From: Bugula neritina
Taxonomy: Eukaryota > Animalia > Bryozoa
Direction: 5' to 3'
Length of the DNA stretch: 64,000 bases
Assembly (NCBI GenBank): GCA_964035545.1
Contig: OZ037765.1
Coordinates: 31,061,504 to 31,125,503 of the forward strand
The first letter of the stretch is position 1. Every line of letters begins with the position of its first letter. This document shows positions 53,701-64,000 of the stretch, piece after piece. A model generated the notes under the pieces. The model saw nothing but the letters and a program-made list of their open reading frames with translations. It was not told the origin of the DNA and searched no databases. The position numbers were made by a program, and so were the translations under genes.

Positions 53701-56700
53701 AGTACTGGGCATCTAATTTTATAGTTTCATTTATTTCCAATTGTTATGCTAATGCATACATTTGAATATATTATATAGATGATTTTAAAAGAGCATATGC
53801 ATTGACAAATATTTTAAAACCGAAATATATGTCTAGTTTTAATGCTGAAAGGGCTAGTCAAGTGCGCTTGACATTTCACAGCAGGTAACTACATGTTGTC
53901 AGCTGAATTATTTAGCATTTACACATGCGATATAGAGTTCATCTAGCACATCAATTCCTCACCTAGACGCAATATTGTAGTGGTCAGTTTAGCAGCTGCT
54001 TTATTATTCCTTATGCCATCACTACACTGCCTCACCTTGTATAGTAAGACAACTCCTAAAACATACATGTCCTTATCATAGACATATCAAATATAACCAT
54101 GGCAATGAGATGGGAAATATTTAACCTTGCCATGCTTCTACCCCTAAGAATAACTGCTATGTATAACGAAACTACATCATAACAAGCTTGTCTCTATGGC
54201 TGATATTTCATTACTGGGACGTCTTGACACGTACCTTGCAAGAGGAAGAACAGTCCAGATGCTAAGGCTAAGGTTATGGGAAAGAGCACCAGAAACCCTC
54301 GAGCAAACTTATCAACATATCCAACAAAGCAGATTCCACTGAGTGAGTCACCATCCACCTGTTATACAGGTATATTATATGACAATATCAACTGTATGCA
54401 GGGATATATATTCAATATACTTTCAAAGTATGTTTAATCATACGGAGCTGTGGCAAAGAGAACTGAAGTTATACTAAAGTTGCGTCATTTAAATAAACAA
54501 GGACTGATACTTAGTTATACTAAATAGCCTGAGAGATGTAAATACAACCTACTTTTTGTAGTGACATGGCAATAATTGCACATATGAGAGGGAGGGTCCA
54601 CGCTATGATGTGAAAGTAGGCTATCTTAGGTTGCAGTTTGTCATCTACACTGCCTTTCTGTAACTTCTTGAAGGATACATGCCACGAGTAGGCTAGTATG
54701 ACAAACCATGTAACTCCGGCCAGCATGAAGTAGTAGACTATGAAGAACACTACGGTACAAGTGACGGTCTCCTTACCTTCCCTACAGTAAATAGGTTCTC
54801 AGTCTACACTATATATACAGACATATCTTGATGCTACGTGTCAAAGAGTACCAAATGCTGTCGAAAAAAGCTTCAAGTGGATAAAATCAATTGTTGAGAA
54901 AATACACTAAAAAATTCAACTTTTTCAAGTAAATATATAAGCAAAATTTGCCATTAAATTTATAATATTAGTGAATGGTCCACAAAAGAAAATTGAAAAG
55001 AAAAACAACACAGATGCTAATAGACTCTTATTTCCATAACTCTACACCGCATTAGCCCTTAGTGATTGCTTTGTAATTTTGAAACAAATATTTACAAAGA
55101 AAAGATAATTCCCAACACTGCCATGAATTAGCCCTGAAGCACAGTGTGTTGAACTAAAACTATCACATTTCATATTTCCTGCAATTAATATTATATATAA
55201 AGCCCTTTCAATATATTGTATTCTTATCTAAAAGAATAAACGATCCCCTACTTACACCTCTCCCCCCCCCCCCCCCCCCCTTAAAGTTACTCCTCAGGCA
55301 GTGAATTATGCGGATTCAGAATAATTGGAGAAGGAAGGAAAGTTTGATTTAGATGTAAGTCTCACCCGACCAGTGGCTCAGCCAGTCTCACTGTACCATC
55401 TTTTCTACACACAATACTATCTCTAGCCTCAGGCCCAGCAAACTGGGCCAGCCAGCCAACACTTCCCATGAAGAAGCAGACGTTGATGAAGAAAATGATT
55501 ACAGAGGGATATCTTTTGGAGTTTCGCCAGTCAATCAGAAAAGTCAACTAAAACCAAGGAAAGACCTAGTTAAGTATAAAATGTGTAAACTGTGTAAATA
55601 AACGGAAAAAGCTAAAGAAGACTTTTATAGTATCTATCTCCTATAAGCTTCAATTTTATTTCCTTTTAATCTTCTATCACCATAAAACTTAATTTTGCTC
55701 AACGTTTATTATTTACCAAATTTAATAATAATTTCAATTACAGCTTGACTCTGTAAAACACAGCATCAGTCTTTTTCTGAAATAAGATTGCAATATGCAA
55801 ACCTAATTGTTGCATTTTTTTCTTGTGAGCCTGAAAAGGGCAATACCATCTGAAAAACTAAGTATTATCCAGTAAAAGTAGCCACTGATCTGATACATAT
55901 CATCAAAAGGCAGACTTAAGGACTAAGAGCTTTTCTGGAATGTAGCTCACACCTGAGACATCATACTAACCTGGATCAGGTGAAGTGAAACCTGATCACT
56001 GAATTGTTTCATAAAAAACCTCAGAGTAAAACTGTTTTCATTAATCTTTGTGATTGGAACAAAGAAGATTAATGGTCAATCACTAAACAAAATATAATAG
56101 CACTTGCTCTATCTGGCTCACTTGTTCCTCAGTATACAGTATCAACACTTGCAAATGGAATAAACTAACAACCATTTCACACCTATACAATTACCTGATT
56201 CATCAAAGCAAATAGCTAATGTGTGGCCAACTAGAGTTTGAACCTGTCTTTTTCTATGAGGCATTATGGTACAACAATAATTGTTGCATAATCCCATATA
56301 ACAACTGATTTAACTTCAATAGTTGCACCTGTATTTATCAGTTTTGTAATTTAAGTGGCTAATGAAATAAAAGCATTATTTAAAAAGAAGTTAAAAAGTC
56401 ATGATTACTGACTATGGTAAGTAGAGTAGAAACTAGACAAGCTGAGGCCATGACGGCTATGAATGTGTGCACAGACTGGTGCTCATTGGACGAGAAGAAC
56501 GGGTTATGGCACTGTACGCCACAGCCATCGATGTCTTCGTAGAAACTTTCTTTGTTGTCTGTTTTCACCAATGGATACATGCAACTGTGGTTGTTGGTGA
56601 ACTCCATTGACGTGTAGGTGGCTGCCTGGCAGAAACACAAACGCCTTCATACAGATGATGGACAATAGAGTAAGAATGTATACACAGACACGTAAAATGG

Positions 56701-57448
56701 CACAATGATAATACTACATATTTCATGGTATCATTAAAACAAATTATGTAAATAGATAAAAATATGCAATTATATGATAAATTTGCTTTTCTTGAACATC
56801 CAAGTTTCTAAGCTTTTAGATAAAACTAGCAGATTGTTGAATTGCATAAACAATAGCAGGTATATCTAACCACACTGCTACTTGTATCAGTCCCACACCC
56901 TTGAAGATAAACTAATGGCATGTTTCGCTGTGAATATCATATTTATACTCACTGCAAAAAGACAATTTATTAGCCTAACTTCCAAAATTACTTACAGTGC
57001 ACGCCTCATCAGAAGAAAAGTATGGTAGATCACAGTCTAGAAACGACGGCCACTCTCCCCCATTAGCCTCAGGAACTATTTTACATGGCTCTTTGGTGCT
57101 TAAACACAGATCTTTCCTGTACATTTCCACCTGTGAGTTCTCGCATCTGGGCATGTACACAGCACACAGTAAAGGCTGAATGATGTCCCAGCACTTGGGG
57201 GCACCTTGAAGGCCGGACCAGGCCCGCAGTTTCTCTCTCACATCTTCCAGTGTGATCGAGTCATTAGCCAGACTCAAGGAAGTGTGTGTGTATTTGACCT
57301 TGACCCCGAGACACATGGTGTTGCTGTCATTTAGAGCCAAACATTCAGCTGGGTAATAGCACGATGGTGTGTTGAATACGTCACTCTGAGAGACTGGTAG
57401 AAAGTTGTATACACACCAAAGTGCACTCAGAACTCTAGATAGGCCCAT
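50715..57448 (-). CDS. SMO: Smoothened (Hedgehog pathway class F GPCR), 12 coding exons
   Basis: Signal peptide plus CRD ([28 protein letters not shown]) in 56996-57448. Then [98 protein letters not shown] and HDDPLG. Tail exons are 52036-52173, 51497-51659 and 50715-51162. Confidence 0.97.
52525..52703. repeat. 15-bp AT-rich minisatellite (tatactattttatta)n in SMO intron
   Basis: Direct tandem array. Confidence 0.92.
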
Positions 57449-59575
57449 TCTGTTTGTAATTACCTTAGTCTTAATTAAAGCTATTTTTCACCATTATTGT
57501 AGGCCATTTTTTTATTGATACTGTCTATGCAAGTGCCTGAAAATATAAAAAAGCACACATTTGTAGAATTGATATTAAATAATTATAATAAGCTTAAATA
57601 TATTATTTTCAGTTACATAGTATGGCTATTTTATGTCTTTTATAGGTTCTGTGTCTACATATGCAGTAAGTAGAGGAAATGGTGTGACTGGCAGGGGAAG
57701 TGTTTACAAGTTTCACTCTTTATATCTAGATATGGGGAATTGTGGAAGTTGTAAAAAATTCTTACTATCTACAGTAAAGTAATTCAATAATTGAAAAATG
57801 CATATTTCTAGATTTTGCATAGTTTGATACTGATGCTGTATGTTGCTAAATTAAAGCAATATATTATTACAATAATAGCATATTAAGTAATTAAAAACCA
57901 GAGGTAGTCTGGTAACCGTAATGCAGCGATGAACTTGTACTATAAAGCTCATGTCACACTATAAGCAGGTTGACAACTATAAACCTTACTTGCACAGACA
58001 TATAGAAAGTATCTCAAGCACACAGTCATAGTGAAAGTATTGTCCAAAAAATATATATTTATAGTGGGAATTATTGCTAATATCATATTCAGAACTCGTA
58101 AGAATATTAATATGAAACACATATTACCAGATTTCAACTCACCAACATAATAGAGTATTTGATTATGATCACGATTATACTTATTCATACTCATGCTGTT
58201 ATAGCTTGCTCAAGCTTTTCATGATTTTAAAGATACTCATTATCATTATTATTGTAATATTGATATTGTCTTGAAAATTTAGAAAAATCAGTAAGACTAA
58301 CTCTAAGGTTTAAGAGTAAATTAAAATCACACAATAATACTATTATAGGCTTGAGTTAACATATATATTTAATGATGAGTTTTCAATAATTTCATACTAG
58401 TGATTACTTATTACTACCCATTGGTAATTACTAAATACAATACTAAATACTAAAAGTAAATACAATAATTATAATCATAATGGCATTACTATTAGTATTA
58501 GTAATGGACTAATATTACTTATATTAGGAAAACTAAGAGCATAGTTAGTGAGTTACTCTTACTCTCAGTTTTACTCAGTTACTGCCATGCAATTAGCATA
58601 CTCAATATTTTCGATTTATAGGTGCACACTCAAAAAGTCTTACTTTTTCATTTTGATAATATAATAACAATAATTATAAAATCAAAATTTAATTTACTAA
58701 CTGCTGGCACTGCTAAGCCTGATGTTTAATTAAAATACAACCGTAGAACTTGGTTAAATACTTAGCTATTAGCTTCTGCTACTCACGCTACTGGACACTC
58801 TATCCCATAGATTGATATTAAAACCTCTGCAAGAAGTTCCTACAATTAAAAAAGTTTTTATAATAATTGATCGCCTGGACAGTAGGCACTTGAAACACAT
58901 GTCAGCTTTCAGGTTCCATACATAAAATTCCCTCTGCATATAGGCTAATTTATAACCACAAATCCTAATGTCTTTTTTAAACTAGGGTGCACACATTGAA
59001 TAGATTAATAGAGCTCTTCGAATAATTGTTGTGGCATAGAACTAGGGTGTTTTTGTCTAAATACTGCCCTTTATAAAACGTTTTTATAACCTTTGAAACC
59101 GAAAATTAACGATATGCGCATGTCGAGTAAATTAGAGGCAAGTTTTGAGCAAATTTGCAAATATTTGCGATGGGGTTTTATTCGGCCCGTCAATCAATCT
59201 TCTGGTGTAGCCGTTGTCAGGCCAGCGAGCAGACGCCATGAAACATTAGCCATTACCATGGTAGTGATTCAATTGAAGGAATGTGGTCTTAATTTCTGTA
59301 ATTTAGCTGAACCTCAAGTCGATTTGTTATAAGTTATGACTTACAATAGTGTTAAATCAAAGTGATAGCTTTAGTTACCATTTAATATTAAATGGATATT
59401 CATTAATTTTATTTTGTTTATGTTTCTAGTTTGGACTATATTATTTTTGCAATAAGTTTGATTTTATTTTTATCTTGATCTAGCAATTGCTGTTTCAAAA
59501 CACGTTTAGCTGTATTTAAATTACATATTAGTTTCTTTATCTAACTTATTGACCCGGTACACGAAGCTCGCAGCC

Positions 59576-61745
59576 ATGAAAGTAACCTCTAAACTTCTGG
59601 AGTGCATACATCCTGATAGAACTACCTGTTTGTTATCAGGAAAGAATGTGAAGATAATTCTAGAATTGTTTAATTTATTGGATATACATAACCAGGGAGA
59701 GCTGAATGGTTGGTAAACAAATTATAGCTTTATTTCTGGATATATTTATAAAATACTTGGCCTTATTTTCAATATATTAATATATTAATGTATCATATAT
59801 TAATATGTAATCTTTCAGTTACCGTATGTAACATTTTCATAAGCATGCACAAAGTAACATGCTTGATAGCTTCTATAATCTAATGTTTTTGGCTAAAACA
59901 AAAATACCTCTAAAATATATGCTAATATGTTTTGATAGTCTAGTCTAGTATATATTTGTTCCAGTTTAATAGTTTAATAATTTATTGTTGCGCTTTTTGG
60001 GTAAAATTTGATAACGTAAACCACAGTATATACAATTAAAACTATGTACCCATATTATAAAAATTGTATGCTAAATATAATAAAATAGTTCTGTATTTGA
60101 TACCAGCCAAATGTCTACCAGTTGACTATTTTTAGATATAATCTTCTATCAGTTTATGAAGAGAGCTACAGACATGTCAAAGAGTATGATATATAAGATC
60201 TTTGATATGCTTGACTTTGACGGCTCTGGTCAGATTGACTTCAATGAGTTCTACGTTATAATCTGCATACTAGTTGCTGTCAAGGTCAGCTTATATTATA
60301 TTACATTCTGCTTATAAGTTTACTTGATTGGGCCAAATGCATGCATCAAGGAAATCTAAAACTAATAGTAACTCCCCCATAAATACCTTCCATCATAACT
60401 TGTTTGCTAAGAGCATTATTTGAGCTTTATAATTTGTTTATTAGTTTATTAATTATCATTTACTAAACTAGCAGTAAGGCTTTAAATTTGCTTGAAAATT
60501 TATTTGTTTTTATGAGCTTCAAATTTTAGACATAATGAGAGAAAATGACAACGTATGCAATTACTAGTTTATAAAAGATATTTTGTATAAATTTCATGTG
60601 TGTATTATAGCTAAATATATCCGTTATAGGAATTATAGGATACTAGTTATTATGTATGACAGTAAAGCATATAAAGAATAAAAGGGTTATGCAGCCTAAT
60701 ATTATTGTCATAATATATGTTTATTGTGATATTTTCACAATCGTTTTAAAGCTGTTATGGCATTTATAATTAATTTCACAAAATCAGTATTTTTTTTAGT
60801 ATATTGTACATAGTCTTTATCATTATTTTTGTGCATTAAACATTGTGGGTAATTGAACACATAAAATGGTGGTATTTTAGGATAATATTGAGAAGCAATT
60901 CATCTACAGCCACTCTAGGACGGTGTTTGACTTCCTCAATGAAGATGCCTCAAACGCTGTTTCTGTAGATGAATTTGTCAACTTTGGGTTTTTGTTTAAC
61001 TTTCGAGAAGATGCCATAAAAGATATCTTCAAAGAATTTGATCTCTCTGGTGATCAGGCCAGTATAATATGAGAGTTGTGTTCTCATATTTAATTGAACT
61101 CCTTAAAGTGTTGCATCATTCTTCTTGTTGGCTTTAAATGCCAATAGTTCACGACATGATTCTATGTGTAGCTTACATGTTATATATGGAATATGAGTGT
61201 AAAACCTTTCGCTTTAATTTTTTATATATAAACCCTAATGTCAGAGACTAAATTACAGAATAGGAATATAGTTTGCTGGTTTAAATGGAGAATGCCCTTC
61301 TATTCCAAAACTTGTCAGTACATAGTGCAAGACAAATAAAACAATACGCTTAGATTTACCATGAGCGTTGCATGTGATATTATTTATTAGATTTTTTTTC
61401 AATATGCTGATCAAAACTTCACACACAAAAAGACTTCAGTATAAACCCAAAGTTTAGCTCTTAAAAGACCTGCTAGTGGGGCTTATTAATGTAACTAGAT
61501 ATTGGTCAAACTGAGTTTAGTTTATTGCTCATGTTTTGTCCCTGCAGGAGTTGGACTACAAGGAGTTTCGGATGTTTGCGATGGCGTGTATAGACAGACA
61601 GAACGAGATAGACAAGCAGAGTCGTGAGAAAGCCTTAGCTCTGAGCAGACAGCAAGATATCAAGGAGAAGAAGAAAAGGTTCAAGGCTATGCTCAAAGAT
61701 GGCAGCCTTGAAGAAATATTGGAAACTATTAAAAGGAAAGGTTAG
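59576..61745 (+). CDS. EFCAB9: EF-hand calcium-binding domain protein 9 (CatSper Ca2+/pH sensor homologue)
   Basis: Exons are 59576-59708, 60136-60284, 60881-61057 and 61548-61745. CLLSGKNVK..LDIH..LND..FYQF..IFDMLD..IDFNEFY..QFIYSHSRTVFD..FLFNF..FKEFDLSGDQELDYKEF follows the EFCAB9 pattern as I recall it. The third intron has a GC donor. Confidence 0.85.
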
Positions 61746-62891
61746 TGTTTTACATTACCGTGTAATGTTGAACAACTTCAGCAAACATAATGTTGGGAGT
61801 TTTCTTTCTAACACAAACTTTGAGGTAGTTTCCTATAGAAAATGAGATAGCATATAATAAGCTTGCAATGTGTTTAATTGCATGTGATTAGTCCTATATT
61901 TCGAAAATATTTTCTTAAAGATCACTGCAAAATAATATGGAAACTCATGAAAATCTTACAACTAACTGAATCATGCAAATTTACTTTCTGTTAAAATATA
62001 AGTGACATATTTGGTTAATGTTTACATACATATGCATGAATTAGTTTTGAGTGATAACTGGGTTATGTAGAATTAACCTAGAACAATTTTTGAATCACTG
62101 TTAATAAATAACGTGATAAAATCTCAATTTCGGAGTTGCTTTTAGGTCTACACCTTTTTGTTTTTGTCTCACACACTTTCCTTACAACTTCTTAAAAGCT
62201 CAAGAATTTACAATAATTCTTTTGTAATATTCTTATATCTAAACTTGAAAAAAATGGTCATTTGAAAGTATTTACTCACAGGGGTATGCCACTTTCAAAC
62301 CAGCTTTAGTATTTGTGTGAATATTATTTCTACAAGCCAGCTTGTTTATGCAGTTTTGTTTGAGTGACTAGAAAATTTATACAATATGCAGTATGTATAA
62401 CATTATGTTGTAGGCCACACTGTTACTGTTCCAGAGTGTTTGGTAGAAAAATCATGGCTTTGGAGAATTGGCAGAAAGAATACATAGATAGGGTTGGGTG
62501 GTGGTTGATTTTACTAGTAGCTACATAACTCACATGTATCTAAAGTAATTTATATGACTCAAAAGTTGCCACAATGAATTAACATCTATGTGACTATATT
62601 TTTACATGGGCAATATATAACTTGACCATTGAGTATTGAAAACAAGTGTTTAAGACATGCTTATTGATTATGTTGCAGTGATAAAATAAGAATATATAAT
62701 ATTGTTAACTGTATACTGTTAACCATATATTTTAAGAAAAAATATCATCATACTAAATTATTATAAATATTATTCATAAATATAATATTACTATTATAAT
62801 AATTATTCACGGACGTACGAATACAAGTTATCATTGTGTTCATTGGATATTAACAGAGTTATCCTCTTTGCAATAGAAACAGTAGTTGTGA

Positions 62892-62911
62892 CACGTGATG
62901 GATTTGGCGGG
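62892..62911 (+). promoter_or_regulatory. E-box (CACGTG) plus E2F site (TTTGGCGGG) in MCM6 promoter
   Basis: Motifs at 62892-62897 and 62903-62911, ~200 bp upstream of the ATG. MCM genes are established E2F targets. Confidence 0.65.
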
Positions 62912-63109
62912 TAATACTTTTAGTAGCTAGTGTTCGTACGACTCATTCACATTGTGATACCGATTGATACCATAGTCATACTCATAGGGATACTGCTAGC
63001 AGATATTCATATTGCTCCAATAAATCGAAAGAAGCCGTTGGTTAGCATTGTTTAATACTTTTGCTGTTAATCTTATTGGGTCTTTAATTTGTAATTATTC
63101 TTTCGTGCA

Positions 63110-63853
63110 ATGGATATTGCTGAAAATCCAAATAAAGCTGCTGCTCCGAAACAGAAAGATGCAATCGGCGAAAAAACACAAAAACTCTTTCAAGACTTCT
63201 TAGAGTTGTGAGTTTCTTAGTATATACTAAAACTTAATATAGCTGAATTTATGATTTAAAAGTAATAGTAGTACTAAATTACTTTCATGGGATGTTGAAG
63301 CTTCATCAATTTTCAAATAAATCGTAACAGTAACAAGTAACAGATAATTATAAACAATTATTAAATATAATATTTAATTTTATTATTTATATTAATCATA
63401 GTATTAATATAATTATAAATATATTTGTAATTGTAGTTGTTTGAGCAACTCAACGTGGACATTTAATTTATCAATAATAATATTGAATATTGTAACAGAA
63501 AAATGTTCAACTTCATACTCATACTGATACTGTTTTACTTTTAGTTTTAGTTTTACATATGCCCATTAAGTTTAACAGTGACATTGACAGTCTCAGTCTG
63601 AGTCTCACACTCACCGTGACTGTAATTCAAATTGTTTTTCTAATTAAATTGTTCCAGTTCTGTGGTTTGAAAGTTACTTCAAGTTTAATAAAGTGATGAA
63701 TCATTAATGAAAACACCAAACTTAAAGTTAACAAAACTGGGCAAAACTAATTGCCTAATTTTTATGTTCAGATTCAAATCCGATGGTACTGGGGTTCCTA
63801 AATATAAAGATGGTGCCAGAGAGCTAATTCGCCCAGAGCGCAACACTCTCGAG
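63110..63853 (+). CDS. MCM6: DNA replication licensing factor MCM6, first two exons (continues beyond window)
   Basis: Exons 63110-63207 and 63772-63853 encode MDIAE..KDAIGEKTQKLFQDFLELF..KY..ARELIRPERNTLE, matching the MCM6 N-terminus. Confidence 0.92.
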
Positions 63854-64000
63854 GTAAGGCTGTGGTTTGTGAGTCACGAAATGGCTATAAACTTAAACTA
63901 TGTTACCTGATAAAAAATGTTCTAGTTGCCTTTTTTGCTAAGTTTTTTATTAACTATATCTCAGCAAAGACTTGAGCCATTCTTCAAATTAAGCAAACTG

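Noticed and set aside
55262-55280. Poly-C run (also G12 at 42711-42722) as functional G-quadruplex
   Set aside because: Simple intronic homopolymers with no supporting context.

Overview
AT-rich, intron-containing animal genomic DNA, probably from an invertebrate (no prokaryotic features). I reconstructed exons by hand from splice signals and protein similarity. Gene order: HID1 (-, runs off the left edge); a 4.7-kb P-superfamily (THAP9-like) DNA transposon with an 8-bp TSD, imperfect TIRs and a 9-exon open transposase lacking most of its catalytic core; SPSB3 (+); a RING/B-box TRIM gene (+); two head-to-head SLCO/OATP paralogues; Smoothened (-), head-to-head with EFCAB9 (+); and the 5' end of MCM6 (+). 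Repeats include a tRNA-derived SINE, an RTE LINE 3' fragment, a hAT MITE and many mini/microsatellites. Most notable: (1) the core-deleted but open P element just upstream of HID1; (2) tandem repeats that copy splice sites, including nine donors after one SLCO exon; (3) a degenerate 3/6-periodic tract near the 5' end of most transcription units, including the transposon; (4) a Smoothened tail with an RRGGV PKA pseudosubstrate plus PKA/CK1 clusters; (5) EFCAB9 with a GC-AG intron. Gene names come from my recollection of family sequences, not from database searches.
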